Shown: positions 29,217 to 40,617, counted from the stretch's first letter. The stretch: 64,000 nt of DNA from an uncultured Methylomirabilota bacterium (GCA_963845565.1 CAWJSJ010000005.1:416001-480000); one strand, 5' to 3'. Numbers and translations: made by a program. The notes: generated by a model from the sequence alone, not told the origin.

Positions 29217-29984
29217 GTGCGTGCGAACATCCTGAAACGAAAGCTGACGGCGGGCAAGCGCGTCTGCGGCGCGCTGGTCGAGTTCAACTGCCCGGACCTG
29301 GTCGAGATCGTCGGCCATCTGGGGTATGACTTCGTCTTCCTGGACGGGCAGCACTGCGGGCTGAATCCGGAGACGGCACGCGGACTCATCCGGGCGGCGG
29401 ATGCCACCGGGATGACGAGCCTGGTGCGTGTGCCGAAAAACGACCCAACGATCATCCTGGAATATCTGGAGGTCGGCGCCGGCGGGATCATCGTCCCCAA
29501 CATCCGCACCCGGGTCGAGACCGAGGCCATGGTGGCAGCCATGAAGTATCCGCCCGTCGGCGTGCGGGGCGGCTTTGGCCGGTCGCGGGCGTCCAACTAC
29601 GGGATCACGCAGAGCCAGGTCGAGTACTTCACCAAGGCAAACGACGAGGTCCTGTGCATTCCGTTGATCGAGGATCAGGAAGCGCTCCCGAACCTCGCCG
29701 CCATCTGCGGGACGCCGGGCGTGGACATCGTGCTTGGCGGGCCGGGCGACATGGCGCTCTCGATGGGTATCCCGGGCGGCTGGAAGGATCCCCGTGTCCA
29801 GGCGGCGGTGGAGCAACTGCGCACCGCGGCCCAGGCCGCCGGGAAGCCCGCCATGCTCTTGGCGCTGGATGCGGCCAACGGGCGTGCGCTGTATGCCCAG
29901 GGATTCCAGGCGATCGCGGTCAGCGCCTGCGCGACCTTCACTGCCGCCGCCAAGGATTTTCTCCAGCAGGTCGGGCGAGAGTAA
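29217..29984 (+). CDS. HpcH/HpaI aldolase family protein
   Basis: GYDFVFLDGQH, LVRVP, KYPPVG.RG, PLIED, GPGDMA.SMG. Confidence 0.9.
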   Translation: MRANILKRKLTAGKRVCGALVEFNCPDLVEIVGHLGYDFVFLDGQHCGLNPETARGLIRAADATGMTSLVRVPKNDPTIILEYLEVGAGGIIVPNIRTRVETEAMVAAMKYPPVGVRGGFGRSRASNYGITQSQVEYFTKANDEVLCIPLIEDQEALPNLAAICGTPGVDIVLGGPGDMALSMGIPGGWKDPRVQAAVEQLRTAAQAAGKPAMLLALDAANGRALYAQGFQAIAVSACATFTAAAKDFLQQVGRE

Positions 29985-30086
29985 GCCGTTGTCAAAGAAT
30001 AAGTTGAGCGGAGCCATTCCGAAACGGCATAAGGAGCCGTAACGAAATAGAAAGAGATGTATAGGTTATTTCGTAACGGCTCCTAA
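29982..30086. repeat. Palindromic element, family B, copy 3
   Basis: Close reverse complement of 18114-18217; begins at the aldolase TAA stop. Confidence 0.88.
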
Positions 30087-30121
30087 GCGACCGGCCGGGA
30101 CGCCCGCCCGGCGAGTGGCGG

Positions 30122-30829
30122 TCAGTGGCGCTTCCCCTGGGTGGGCATGGAGAACGGCGGCAAGACCCCCTGGGCGACGGTGTCCGTAAACCCAACGGGA
30201 GTGCGCGTCCGGGCATCGGCCAGCCAGTCCGCCACCGCCCGGTCAATCGCCTGAAGGCGCAAGAGTTCGCGCGCGCGTTCGAGGGCATCGGGGCCATGCA
30301 CGCCAGGCCCAAGGGCGGCGGTGACATCGGCGTCGCTGACGAAGGCGAAGGCTCGGAATCGAAGGTCGATGAACCGCTGCCGTCGAAGGTCCCTCTCCAC
30401 GAGGCTCTTGACCCACGCCTCGTCCAGTCCCGCCTGCGTCATCCACGTCCGGAATGCCGGCATTCCTCCGACCCGGTCCGCTGCCTCATCCCACGCCGCC
30501 TGGGTCTCTTCTCGATTGTCGCCGATCGCCAATTGCGCCGCTTCTCGTTCCATCAGCACGGCGTTCGCCAGCGATTCGACGTCCGCCCTGCCGATGGGCG
30601 CCTCCGATGGCCGCAAACCGAAGAGTGACAGCGCCCGTCCGATGGCCACGTCGGTCACGGTGACGGTCTTGCCCGCGACAGACGCCAGGACGGCATCCAG
30701 AAAGGCACCCGCGGCGAGCGCCGGCGACGACGCGCCAAGCGCACCGACACATACCAGGCGCGAAAAAGGCCCATCTGCTGCGTTGGCGTGCTCGGGCGCT
30801 CGTTGCGGCGTACCTGGAGTACGCCTCAC
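30122..30829 (-). CDS. SurA N-terminal-domain-like periplasmic chaperone; the annotated start lies inside a repeat
   Basis: LDAVLASV.G.TVT..DV, VSDADV and W.A..R pattern of SurA N/C cores; downstream of the Omp85 gene. Confidence 0.6.
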   Translation of the reverse strand: MRRTPGTPQRAPEHANAADGPFSRLVCVGALGASSPALAAGAFLDAVLASVAGKTVTVTDVAIGRALSLFGLRPSEAPIGRADVESLANAVLMEREAAQLAIGDNREETQAAWDEAADRVGGMPAFRTWMTQAGLDEAWVKSLVERDLRRQRFIDLRFRAFAFVSDADVTAALGPGVHGPDALERARELLRLQAIDRAVADWLADARTRTPVGFTDTVAQGVLPPFSMPTQGKRH

Positions 30830-30906
30830 TCGGCCCTTTGCCCGCCGCCTGGCATCTGGACCTTTTTGAGCAGCCTGGGGGAAAGCGGGTTTTTCCGCAT
30901 CCTTCT
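30755..30906. repeat. Palindromic element, family A, copy 3
   Basis: AAAAAGGCCCATCTG...GGCGTACctggaGTACGCC...CATCTGGACCTTTTTGAGCAGCCTG. Confidence 0.85.
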
Positions 30907-33655
30907 AAAACGCCTGGCCGATTGCGAGATAGAATTGCCATCGTCCCGTGTCCTTGATCGGGTTCAAGGCGTAGCCGACGTCGAAACGGATGGGACCCAC
31001 CGGGGTCTTGATGCGCAAGCCGCCTCCGACGCCGGTCTTGAACGCGGACGCGTCGAGCTGACTCACGTCCGGGGTGACGGCGCCGACGTCCAGAAACGCC
31101 ACCCCGCTCAGCCAGCGCCAGAGGGGCACGCGCCACTCCGCGTTGGCGATCACCAAGGCGTTTCCGCCCAACGGGTTGCCGTTCGCGTCCAGGGGGCCGA
31201 CCTTGTCCTGCGGGTAGCCCCGGATCGTGCTGCTGCCGCCGGCATAGAACCGCTCCTGGCTCGGCAGCGAGGTCGAGGTGCCCAAGGGTGTTGCCAGGCC
31301 GAGCCGCGCGGCCAGGGCAATGGTCGTCGTCGGCGGCCAGTTGAAATACCACGCCGTCTCCGCCTGTGACCGGACGAAACTCGCCTGGCTGCCAAAATAC
31401 GGGCCCGCCAGGGCCACCGAGAGGGTGTGCAGGCTTCCGGTCTTGGGATCGAGGGGGTTGTCCCGGTAGTCGGCGGTCACCGCGGGCGTCACCTTGCCCA
31501 CTCGCTCCGAGCCGGGGACGATGGAGTCGGCGCCGGCCGACTCCAGTGACGACGTGACGTCGTACACCCGAACCCACGCGAGTTGATACCGCAGGCCGAG
31601 CCGCAGCCGGTAGATGTCCGTGAACGGTACCGGCAGGAGGGTGCGCTCCACCCCGGCCGCGAGACCGGTTTCCTGCCGCTTGTACCCGAACTGGTCTTGG
31701 TACTCGTGAAAGAGGCCCACGTCGCTCTTGAGGGGGAGGCCGAAGGTCCAGGGAAAGCGATAAGTGAGGTCGGTGCGATCGCCGTATTGGGCGACCCTCG
31801 CGCGAAGGCCGGCACTCTGGCCGGTGCCCGCGACGTTGTCGTGTCCAACCTCGACCACGCCACGCCAGCCCTGATCGCTGCCGTAACCGCCGCCGAGCTC
31901 CACGCGCCAGGGCTTCCCCTCCCGGACGACAATCTCCACATCGACGAACGGCGCAGGCGGCGGCTGGAGCGGCCCGACCTGCACCCGCTCGAAGAGGCCG
32001 AGAACGGCCAGGCGCCGCTCGGTATCCGCCAGGACTTCAGGGTTGAACGGGTCACCCGGCGCGAACAGGAGCTCTCGCCGGACGACATACTCCTGTGTTG
32101 CCACCAGACCGGTGATCAGGACGCGGCCGACGCGGGTGGAGGCGCCCTCGTGAATCTGGATGACCACGTCTGCGCGATCCTCCCGCCGGGTGACATCCGC
32201 CGCGATCCGGGCACCCAGATATCCACGCCGGGCGTACACACGCCCGAGGCTTTTTTGCGCCTCGGCCTCTCGCTGCGTTGTCCAGGGATCCCCGGGCTTG
32301 AAAGGCAGAGCGGCCAGAACCTCGGCGGGGGAGAGGACGGCGGAACCCTCCACCGACACCGCGCCGACCGTGAGGCGGGCGCCCTCGACGACGGGGATGA
32401 CGATCTGCGCTCGACTCCGGTCATCGGAAAACCGGACGTCGGGGGGGCCGACGACCGCATCCAGGTATCCCTGGCCACGATAGAACGCGGTGAGGGCGCG
32501 GATGTCCTGGTCGAGTTGCGCTTCCCGGAACACGCCCGGACGCAGAAAGCCGGGCAGGCGCGTACCCATTTGCGCCTCCAGCCGTTCCGCGGAGAAGGAC
32601 TGGTTTCCGGAGAACGTGATGGCTGCGACGAGCACCCGGGGTCCTTCCGACACCTCGAAGCGAATCGTCCGCGGATCGCTCTCCGGGCCCAGCGACCCGT
32701 CGACGCGTACGAAGTGGAAGCCGGCCTCCCGATAGGCACCCTCGATCTCCCGCGCGCTGGCGCCGACCTCCGCCTCATCCACCGCGCCCGCGTCCCCGAA
32801 GGTGAGTCGAGACCGGAGGAGCGATTCGCCGAGACCCGCGACGCCGGAAAACTCCACCGCATACGTGGGGCCGAGCTCCACGTCGAGCGTCAGGTTGACA
32901 CGGTTCGTGGGTTGATCCCACGCCGACTCCACGACGGCCACCCGGGCTTCGAAGCGTCCCTGGTCGCGAAGCGTCTCCTCCAGGGCCTGGACGCGTCTCC
33001 GGACGACGGCGTCGCCGTACTCGGTACCAGGGTCCAACCGCAACTGCGGAGCGAGCGTGTCCGCCTCGGTCGCCGAGACGCCCCGGATCGTCACGCCGCC
33101 GATCCGGGCACGCGAACCCGGTTCCACGACGAACGCAACATCGCGCCCACCGGTCGCAGGCTCGTCCGAGGTTCGGACCGTGACCCGGGCGGCGAAGAAC
33201 CCTTCGCGGGCGTAGGCGGCCAGCACGCGGAGGCGCGCCCGTTCCAGCGGTTCCGCGCCCGCATCCCCGCCGAGCGCGAGATTGGCGGCGTCGGCCAGAT
33301 CCACCGGGGCGAGGCCGAGATCGCCTTCCCAGGCGATGCGCCGGATCTGGGGGCGTCGCGTCAGGTGGAAGCGTAGCCGGATGCCGTCCGGGCCCGCGAC
33401 CTCGTCCACGCGTACCTCCGAGAAGAGGCCGAGGGTCCACAGGCGGTCGAGGCTTTGACGGATGGCCACGCGCGAGCGGGGCCGGTTGGCCAGGTCTCCG
33501 AGTGCGGCCCGGATCAACTCGGTCGGCAACTCCTGGGCGGAGACCAAGTCTACGCCCGTGACGGTCTCCGGCGAGGCGCCGAAGACGGAGGTGGCCGCTC
33601 CCAGGCAGACGCCGAGGGCGAACACGGCTGCCAGTCGTCGCCGGGCGCCTCTCAT
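30905..33655 (-). CDS. Omp85 family (BamA/TamA-like) outer membrane protein with about 7 POTRA domains
   Basis: Repeated POTRA pattern (Y...GY/F...V.EG), RFYAGG..TIRGY, GPIRFD.GY, C-terminal IGQAF. Confidence 0.92.
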   Translation of the reverse strand: MRGARRRLAAVFALGVCLGAATSVFGASPETVTGVDLVSAQELPTELIRAALGDLANRPRSRVAIRQSLDRLWTLGLFSEVRVDEVAGPDGIRLRFHLTRRPQIRRIAWEGDLGLAPVDLADAANLALGGDAGAEPLERARLRVLAAYAREGFFAARVTVRTSDEPATGGRDVAFVVEPGSRARIGGVTIRGVSATEADTLAPQLRLDPGTEYGDAVVRRRVQALEETLRDQGRFEARVAVVESAWDQPTNRVNLTLDVELGPTYAVEFSGVAGLGESLLRSRLTFGDAGAVDEAEVGASAREIEGAYREAGFHFVRVDGSLGPESDPRTIRFEVSEGPRVLVAAITFSGNQSFSAERLEAQMGTRLPGFLRPGVFREAQLDQDIRALTAFYRGQGYLDAVVGPPDVRFSDDRSRAQIVIPVVEGARLTVGAVSVEGSAVLSPAEVLAALPFKPGDPWTTQREAEAQKSLGRVYARRGYLGARIAADVTRREDRADVVIQIHEGASTRVGRVLITGLVATQEYVVRRELLFAPGDPFNPEVLADTERRLAVLGLFERVQVGPLQPPPAPFVDVEIVVREGKPWRVELGGGYGSDQGWRGVVEVGHDNVAGTGQSAGLRARVAQYGDRTDLTYRFPWTFGLPLKSDVGLFHEYQDQFGYKRQETGLAAGVERTLLPVPFTDIYRLRLGLRYQLAWVRVYDVTSSLESAGADSIVPGSERVGKVTPAVTADYRDNPLDPKTGSLHTLSVALAGPYFGSQASFVRSQAETAWYFNWPPTTTIALAARLGLATPLGTSTSLPSQERFYAGGSSTIRGYPQDKVGPLDANGNPLGGNALVIANAEWRVPLWRWLSGVAFLDVGAVTPDVSQLDASAFKTGVGGGLRIKTPVGPIRFDVGYALNPIKDTGRWQFYLAIGQAF

Positions 33656-36600
33656 CGGAACCTTAACCGGAGCAGGACATCGCCACCGACGCCTCCCTGG
33701 AAGTCCTGCTCGGCAGACAGGAGCAGCGGGCCGAAGATCTGGTACTCGACACGGACGACCCGCTTCGCGGCGCCGGAGAGGCTCTGCGAATAGAGCACGC
33801 GGACGTCCTCCGTCAGCTGTTTGCCGACGCGGATGGCGCGGTCGTCCTCGGTCATCGGTTTGCCGCCACGGATGGCGCGGTCGTTCTGGCCGGTCCGCTG
33901 CACCTCGACGGTGTCGGGGACGACGCTCTGGATGGCGTCCGGGCCATAGGTTCCGGCCGTCGCTTCCAGCAGGTCTTCGACCAGCAGGCGGCCGATCTCG
34001 CCCAGCATCGCGCCCCCCGCCGAGGTGCCGGTCTGGCTCTTGGTGACGCCCATGGCGACCAGCATGAGGATGTCTTCCTGGGAGAGGGGGGGCGAGGAGG
34101 AGAGGCGGACCGTGAGCTCGTCCGGCCGCCCGGACAGCCGAAGGGTCACGTCGTATTCCTTGATCCGGGCCTGACCGGTGACGTCCAGGATCGCTTCGGT
34201 ACGGCGCGGATCGACGAAACGCACCGCGCCGGACAGGAGATTCCAGCGTTGGTTCCGAAAGATGATGCGTCCCTCTTGGGTCTCCAGGGACCCAAGCAGA
34301 ACCGGCGCGGCCGTGGTGCCCTCCAGGCTGAGCGTGCCGCCCCCCCGCAGCCGTGCCAGCTTCATGTTGACGCGCAGGTTGTTGTCCAGTCGCAGGAGGA
34401 TCCGGAGGGGGATCGCGAGGGACGACTCGGCTGCCGTCTCGGGAGGACGGCTGAGGAGCAGCGATACGAGAGAGAACTGCCCCGACACGGCGCCCTGGAG
34501 GAGGCGACCCTCGCCGCGGAGCTGGGCCCTGGAGCCCCGGCCGATCAATTCGAGGTTGAGATCCCAGGTTGTTTGCACGCCTTGCGTGGGTGCGATCGAG
34601 ACATTCTGGCCGGTGACCGCGAATCGGTATGCCCCAAGCTGCCAGCCTTGGAGCGTCAGATCGCCGCTGGCACGCACGCGCCCGCGCCCCACCGAGGCGG
34701 TCGCGTCCACCAGCCGGACGCCGTCCTGGGAGAATACCATCCGCGCCTCCACCTCCCGGAGCGTCTCCGGCCGGTCGCGGACCTGGAGTATGCCGTTCTT
34801 GATCGTCGCTTCCCCCGTGAAGCGAGGGGCGGCGGCGGTTCCGCCAACCTGTCCCGCGATCGCCAGGGTCCCTGCCGCCTCGCGAATCTCAGGACGAAAC
34901 AGCGGGAGCATGGTGAGCGGGAACTGACCGGTGATTTGAAGGCCGAGGGCGCCGCGGGGATCCCACCGGCCGGAGGCTTGCAAGTCGCCGAGCCGGCCGG
35001 CGAGGTGCAGGCGATCGATCGCGAGACCGGTAGGCTCCCAGCGCAGCACCACCGGACCGCGGTTCGCCCATTCCTCGTCGACCACGACGAGACGGACCGG
35101 ATCCAACGTCACCATCCCCCGGGCAGCGGAAGGCTCCGCGATGGGCACCGTGACCTCGGCAACGGCACTCAGGGTTCCCTCCACGCCGCTCTCGTGTGCC
35201 AGGCCAAGCCGGCGCAGCGTGGGCGCGAGGGCAAGGTCCTTGGCCTCGACCCGGACGGCGATCGGGCCATTCCGATCCAGTGGCCCTTGCGCCGTTGCCG
35301 CCAAGCGGGACTCGGGAAACGCCAGATCCGCGCGAAGCTGCCCGTCGCGCAGCGTAAATCGTGCGGAGCCATCCCCCAATGGGAACGCCCGGACGGTGAC
35401 CCGATCCAGCGTGGCCGCTCCCGAGACGTCCACCGTCCCCTGGCGTACCGACGCCTGCAGGGACGCCCGTCCCATGCCGCCGAGTTGTGCGGCATCGGGA
35501 AGGCGCGGTATCCGAGAGAGGTCCGTCGGCCCCACGTCGGCGCTGGCCTGGCCGGTGCCATTCCACATCCAGGTCCCGGCGCCGCGGACGGGAATGCCGT
35601 CTACCTCAGCCCGGAGGCGCGCGATCTCCAGCCGGTCCGAGTCCAGCGCAAAGGCGGCCAGCAGGCTTCGAATGGGTATCCCGGATTGAGGGGTGAGGTC
35701 GGCGGCCTCGATCGTACCCGACGCTCGCCAGGTCTCGGGCGTTCCCTCTGCCCGCCCGGCCAGCGCGAAACGACCCAGTCCGTGGAGAGCGGGCGGCAGC
35801 CAGCGGTCGAAGTCCTCCCAGCGCGCCGCCGGCGCGCGCCCCTCTCCGCTGAACCGGAGGCGCGCCGCCACGCGGCCGGACGACGTTCCCCCAGGGTCGC
35901 TCCAGGTCAGGAGGCCCGACGCGACGGCTCGGCTCTGCCCCAGGGTGGCGGTCGCCGAATTCACCTGGAGGGACCCATTCTGGAACCGCCCCGCGATGTC
36001 CACTGCATCGAGTCGGACGCCCGACACGGTCAGCGACGGGATGCGTACCTGGCCGACGACGTCCGGGCTGGCCCAGCGGCCGTGCGCTTCCACCTGCGCG
36101 TCGGCCTGCCCACTCATGACCGGCATTCCCCAGAGGGGTGCAATGGTTTCAAGGTTGGCCCGAAGGGCGACCCGGAGTCCTAACGGGCCTTCCGGTCCGA
36201 CGCGTCCCCCGGCCGTGACGTCGGCCCCCGGCCAGCTCGCGGTGGCCTGCGAGACGTCCGCTACGGCGTCTTGGAAAGATCCGGCGATGCGCACGGAGCC
36301 GGGGCCCAGCCGGGAGAGTTCCCCCGGGAGGATGATACGCCTTCCCGAAAAGAGGACCCGGCCACGCATTTCCTCCGGGCGTCGCGGGTCGCCGGTGATC
36401 TCGGCCTCCGCATCAAGTTCGCCGCGCAAGCCCAGCGGGGTCGGGGCCAGCGGGTCCAGGGCGGGGATCGAGGCCCGCTGCAGGGTGAAGGCGACGCGCG
36501 TCTCCTGCGGCCGAGCGATGCGTGTCGCGAAGGTTCCCCGCAGCGTGCCGTCGAAAAGCCCGGCGGTGACCTGGGACAGATCGAGAAGCCCGTCTTTCCA

Positions 36601-37542
36601 GCGACCGCGCACGGCGACGTCCCGGGCTTGAATCGGGCCCGCGGTCAGTCGGGGGATGGCGAGCCGGCCCGACACCTCGACGGCGTCGAGGGGTCCCTGG
36701 ACGGTCGCCTGCGCGGTCATCACGCCCGCAAGGGGCCAGGGGGAAGCGAATCGCCGGGACAGCGAGGCCAGATCCGCCTCACCCTCGATCGAGAGGTCGA
36801 GTTCGGCCGCGGCGAACGGACGCCGAAGCTCGCCCGTCGCCTGAATCCGACGTTCCTGCCAGCGTCCAGCCACCTTTCGGATGGCGAGCCGGTCCTGGTG
36901 GATCCAGCCCGCCCCCTCCACATCCGCAATCGTCTCGCGGAAATCCGACGTCTGCAGGGAGACGCCGCTCAGGCGCACCTCGAAGTCGATCCCCCGCCGC
37001 ACCGGTCGCGCCGTCAGGTTCAGACCGTGGATGTCCACCACGAGTCCCCGCGTGTCGTCGCGGTAGGTCGCGCGGCCTCGCTCGATCTTGAGTGTTCCAA
37101 GGCGAACCGTGATCGGACCGAGGGCGAACGTGTCGGGGACGTCGAGCGCGAACGGGGTAGCGTCCCGGCTCGGCCCGCTGATCCGCAGGATGGCGTCCTG
37201 GAGCAGGATGGTGGACAGGACGAGTTCGCGCCGCCAGAGACTGCTGATTCCGACGCGGAATCCGGCACGGGCGACCTGCAGAATCGGCTCGGGTCCCTCG
37301 CCGGCTCCGGGCTCCACGCGGAGACGCGTGATCTCGATACCGCCGCGCCACAGGGAGAGAGCCACGGCCTCGATCCGGACCGGCCGGCCCAGAGCGTCCG
37401 TCAGGGCGCTCTCGAGACGGTCGCGGGACAGCGCGGGAGCGTACGCGCGCACGGCGAGCGACGAGGCCGCCGCGAGGCCGGCGAGGACCAGGCCGGCGAC
37501 GGCCAAGCGAACGAGCCACCAGCGAAGGCGCGAGCGAGCCAT
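33652..37542 (-). CDS. tamB: Translocation/assembly module TamB (AsmA-like, DUF490 C-terminus)
   Basis: N-terminal TM anchor, long beta-rich body, [17 protein letters not shown]...YS, RVEY and terminal LRFR; coupled to the Omp85 gene. Confidence 0.85.
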   Translation of the reverse strand: MARSRLRWWLVRLAVAGLVLAGLAAASSLAVRAYAPALSRDRLESALTDALGRPVRIEAVALSLWRGGIEITRLRVEPGAGEGPEPILQVARAGFRVGISSLWRRELVLSTILLQDAILRISGPSRDATPFALDVPDTFALGPITVRLGTLKIERGRATYRDDTRGLVVDIHGLNLTARPVRRGIDFEVRLSGVSLQTSDFRETIADVEGAGWIHQDRLAIRKVAGRWQERRIQATGELRRPFAAAELDLSIEGEADLASLSRRFASPWPLAGVMTAQATVQGPLDAVEVSGRLAIPRLTAGPIQARDVAVRGRWKDGLLDLSQVTAGLFDGTLRGTFATRIARPQETRVAFTLQRASIPALDPLAPTPLGLRGELDAEAEITGDPRRPEEMRGRVLFSGRRIILPGELSRLGPGSVRIAGSFQDAVADVSQATASWPGADVTAGGRVGPEGPLGLRVALRANLETIAPLWGMPVMSGQADAQVEAHGRWASPDVVGQVRIPSLTVSGVRLDAVDIAGRFQNGSLQVNSATATLGQSRAVASGLLTWSDPGGTSSGRVAARLRFSGEGRAPAARWEDFDRWLPPALHGLGRFALAGRAEGTPETWRASGTIEAADLTPQSGIPIRSLLAAFALDSDRLEIARLRAEVDGIPVRGAGTWMWNGTGQASADVGPTDLSRIPRLPDAAQLGGMGRASLQASVRQGTVDVSGAATLDRVTVRAFPLGDGSARFTLRDGQLRADLAFPESRLAATAQGPLDRNGPIAVRVEAKDLALAPTLRRLGLAHESGVEGTLSAVAEVTVPIAEPSAARGMVTLDPVRLVVVDEEWANRGPVVLRWEPTGLAIDRLHLAGRLGDLQASGRWDPRGALGLQITGQFPLTMLPLFRPEIREAAGTLAIAGQVGGTAAAPRFTGEATIKNGILQVRDRPETLREVEARMVFSQDGVRLVDATASVGRGRVRASGDLTLQGWQLGAYRFAVTGQNVSIAPTQGVQTTWDLNLELIGRGSRAQLRGEGRLLQGAVSGQFSLVSLLLSRPPETAAESSLAIPLRILLRLDNNLRVNMKLARLRGGGTLSLEGTTAAPVLLGSLETQEGRIIFRNQRWNLLSGAVRFVDPRRTEAILDVTGQARIKEYDVTLRLSGRPDELTVRLSSSPPLSQEDILMLVAMGVTKSQTGTSAGGAMLGEIGRLLVEDLLEATAGTYGPDAIQSVVPDTVEVQRTGQNDRAIRGGKPMTEDDRAIRVGKQLTEDVRVLYSQSLSGAAKRVVRVEYQIFGPLLLSAEQDFQGGVGGDVLLRLRFR
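33804..33881 (-). repeat. In-frame 39-bp tandem duplication in tamB
   Basis: Units 33804-33842 and 33843-33881 are 34/39 identical ([13 protein letters not shown] / [13 protein letters not shown]). Confidence 0.85.
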
Positions 37543-37760
37543 GTTCTTCCTACGCGGGATCCGTCACGCGTGAAATCTCCGGGCCCCGACCAGCCGGGGC
37601 TCGGGAGATTATATCCGCATACGGGCTCTTCCGTCACGGGGTTGCGGATGGCGCGCAGTTTTTCTTGTTGCGGGGCAGCACGGCCTGTATGGTACGCTCC
37701 AGACCAGGGCGGGCGCCCCGCGCCGCCGGACACACAGGACCGCATACAGGGAGGCTGCTC

Positions 37761-39773
37761 ATGCCGGACGCGAGAGAGCAACTGGACCAGCGCTGCATCA
37801 ACACCATTCGCATGCTGGCGGCCGATGCCGTCCAGAAGGCGAAGTCGGGTCATCCCGGCATGCCCATGGGGGCGGCCGCCATGGCGTACGTCCTCTGGAC
37901 CCGGATCCTCAAGCACAATCCGGCGAATCCGACGTGGCCGGACCGGGACCGATTCGTCTTGTCGGCGGGACACGGGTCGATGCTGCTGTACGCCCTGCTG
38001 CACCTGACGGGGTACGACCTTGGCCTGGAGGATCTCCAACAGTTCCGGCAATGGGGCAGCAAGACCCCCGGTCATCCGGAGTACGGCCACACCCCCGGCG
38101 TCGAGACCACCACGGGACCGTTGGGCCAGGGCTTCGCCACCGGCGTCGGGATGGCCGTCGCCGAGCGCTGGCTGGCCGCCCAGTTTAACCGGCCGGGGCA
38201 GGCACTCGTCGATCATCACACCTACGCCATCGTGAGCGACGGCGATCTGATGGAAGGGGTGGCATCCGAGGCGGCCTCGCTGGCCGGCCATCTCAAACTG
38301 GGAAAACTGATCTATCTGTACGACGACAACAAGATCTCGATCGACGGCAGCACCGACCTGGCGTTCACGGAGGACGTAGGCCGTCGCTTCGAGGCCTACG
38401 GTTGGCACGTGCAGCGGGTGGCCGACGGCAACGACCTGGGCGCCGTCGAGGCCGCCATTCGGGCCGCGCAGGCCGAGACGGGCCGGCCGTCACTCATCAT
38501 GTGCCGCACCCACATCGGGTTCGGCAGCCCCGGCAAGCAGGATACCAGCAAGGCCCATGGAGAGCCGCTGGGCGAGGAGGAACTCCAGCGCACCAAACAG
38601 AAGCTGGGGTGGCCCGAGTCGCCGGCGTTTCTGGTTCCGGACGATGTGCGGCACGAGTTCCGAAAGGCGGGAGCGCGCGGCATGGCGTGGGAAGCCGAGT
38701 GGCGCCAGCAGGCGCAGGCCTACGCCGCCGCGTTTCCGGCCGAGGCGGCACGCTGGGAGCAGTTCCTGAGCGGGCAGCTTCCCGATGGATGGGATGCCGG
38801 GCTCCCGACGTTCGCGCCGAACGATCCGGCCCTGGCGACCCGGGCCGTTTCCGGGAAGGTCATCCAGGCGGTGTACACCCGCGTTGCCAACCTGGTGGGG
38901 GGATCGGCCGACCTGGCGCCGTCCAACAACACCTACGTCGGGGACGGCGGCGAATTCCAGGCCGGGACCCCGGCGGGGCGGAACTTCCGCTTCGGCGTGC
39001 GGGAGCACGCCATGGGGGCGATGGCCAACGGAATGGCGCTCCACGGCGGCCTGCGGCCGTACGTGGCCACGTTCTTGGTTTTCGCGGATTACATGCGCCC
39101 GGCGATCCGCCTCGCGGCCTTGATGCGGATCCCCGTCATCTTCATCTTCACCCACGACAGCATCGGTCTGGGGGAGGATGGCCCGACCCACCAGCCGATC
39201 GAGCATGTCATGGCGCTCCGTGCCATTCCCGATCTGCGGGTCATCCGGCCGGCGGACGCCACCGAGACGGTCGAGGCCTGGCGGGCGGCGCTCACCCATC
39301 ACGGCCCGACGTGTCTCATTCTGACGCGGCAAAACCTGCCGAATCTCGACCGGACCGGCGAACGGCCGGGCGGCGGCGTCGAGCGCGGCGCCTACGTCCT
39401 GGCCGAGGCGGCCGGAGGCAAATCCCGCCTGATCCTGATCGCCACCGGTTCCGAGGTAGCCCCGGCGCTCGGCGCCCAGAAGATTCTGCAGGAGAAGGGC
39501 GTGCCGGCCCGTGTGGTGAGCATGCCATCATGGGAACTTTTCGAGGCGCAGCCGCAAGCCTATCGGGATGCCGTCCTGCCGCCGGCGGTGACGGCCCGAC
39601 TGGCCGTCGAGGCCGGGGTGCCGCTCGGATGGCACAAGTATGTGGGACTCGGCGGCGATGTGGTCGGCCTGTCCCGTTTCGGGGCATCCGCGCCCGCCCC
39701 GGTGCTCTTCGAGCAGTTCGGGTTTACGGCGGCGAATGTGGCGGCTCGTGCCCAGCAATTGCTCGGGCGTTAG
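37761..39773 (+). CDS. tkt: Transketolase
   Basis: [48 protein letters not shown]. Confidence 0.97.
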   Translation: MPDAREQLDQRCINTIRMLAADAVQKAKSGHPGMPMGAAAMAYVLWTRILKHNPANPTWPDRDRFVLSAGHGSMLLYALLHLTGYDLGLEDLQQFRQWGSKTPGHPEYGHTPGVETTTGPLGQGFATGVGMAVAERWLAAQFNRPGQALVDHHTYAIVSDGDLMEGVASEAASLAGHLKLGKLIYLYDDNKISIDGSTDLAFTEDVGRRFEAYGWHVQRVADGNDLGAVEAAIRAAQAETGRPSLIMCRTHIGFGSPGKQDTSKAHGEPLGEEELQRTKQKLGWPESPAFLVPDDVRHEFRKAGARGMAWEAEWRQQAQAYAAAFPAEAARWEQFLSGQLPDGWDAGLPTFAPNDPALATRAVSGKVIQAVYTRVANLVGGSADLAPSNNTYVGDGGEFQAGTPAGRNFRFGVREHAMGAMANGMALHGGLRPYVATFLVFADYMRPAIRLAALMRIPVIFIFTHDSIGLGEDGPTHQPIEHVMALRAIPDLRVIRPADATETVEAWRAALTHHGPTCLILTRQNLPNLDRTGERPGGGVERGAYVLAEAAGGKSRLILIATGSEVAPALGAQKILQEKGVPARVVSMPSWELFEAQPQAYRDAVLPPAVTARLAVEAGVPLGWHKYVGLGGDVVGLSRFGASAPAPVLFEQFGFTAANVAARAQQLLGR

Positions 39774-39833
39774 TGTCCTGGACCGCGGGGCGGTTCACCG
39801 GCTCGCCTCGCTTTTTCCGAAAGGGTTGTGACC

Positions 39834-40520
39834 GTGAATTCGAAACAAGCAGCCGCAGAGCGTGGGGCGAGCCTCGTACAGTCGGGGATGGTTTTGGGCC
39901 TGGGCAGCGGGACCACGTCCACCCTGATGGTACAGGCGATCGGGCAGAAACTGCGCGAGAAGACCCTCCGGAACGTGATCGGGGTGCCGTCCTCCAGCGC
40001 CATCGCCGCGGTCGCCAGGGAGTCCGGCGTGCCGCTGGCGACTCTGGACGATCATCCGGCGCTTGACCTCAATCTGGACGGGGCGGACGAGGTGGATCCG
40101 GAACTGAATCTGACCAAGGGTCTCGGCGGTGCGCTGCTCTGGGAGAAGGTCGTCGCCACTGCCTCGCGGGAGGTGGTGATTTTGGTGGACGATTCCAAAC
40201 TGGTTCCCCGGCTGGGGACCAAGGCGCCGCTTCCGGTCGAGGTCATTCCCTTCGGGTGGAAGTCGCACCTGGTTTTCATCGAGTCGCTCGGCGCCGCACC
40301 CGTTCTCCGCACGGAGCCCGACGGCCGGCCGTTTGTCACCGACGAGGGCAACTACATCCTGCACTGCACCTTTGCGAACGGGATCGTAGACCCGAAGGCT
40401 GTCGAGACCGCGTTGCTCACCCGGGCGGGGATCGTCGGCACGGGCCTCTTCCTCCGCGTGGCGCACCGCGTCATCGTGGGTACCCCCGCAGGAGTCGAGA
40501 TCCGAACGCGCACAGAGTAG
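39834..40520 (+). CDS. rpiA: Ribose-5-phosphate isomerase A
   Basis: GLGSGTT, DGADEVD, KGLGGALLWEKVV, PVEV, TDEGNYI. Start may instead be 39828. Confidence 0.95.
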   Translation: MNSKQAAAERGASLVQSGMVLGLGSGTTSTLMVQAIGQKLREKTLRNVIGVPSSSAIAAVARESGVPLATLDDHPALDLNLDGADEVDPELNLTKGLGGALLWEKVVATASREVVILVDDSKLVPRLGTKAPLPVEVIPFGWKSHLVFIESLGAAPVLRTEPDGRPFVTDEGNYILHCTFANGIVDPKAVETALLTRAGIVGTGLFLRVAHRVIVGTPAGVEIRTRTE

Positions 40521-40617
40521 AGGCACCGCACGGGTGAGGAGGCCGCGCTGGCGGCGTGCCGGAACTTGGCTGCCGGCGGACCCTTGTCTTGGGAAGAGGA
40601 TGTTGCGGCGAGGCGGC

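Noticed and set aside
40561..40590. Third GGAACTT...GTCTT ECF promoter before dctP
   Set aside because: Spacing is 3 bp longer than in the two matching copies, and a sigma70-like promoter lies just downstream
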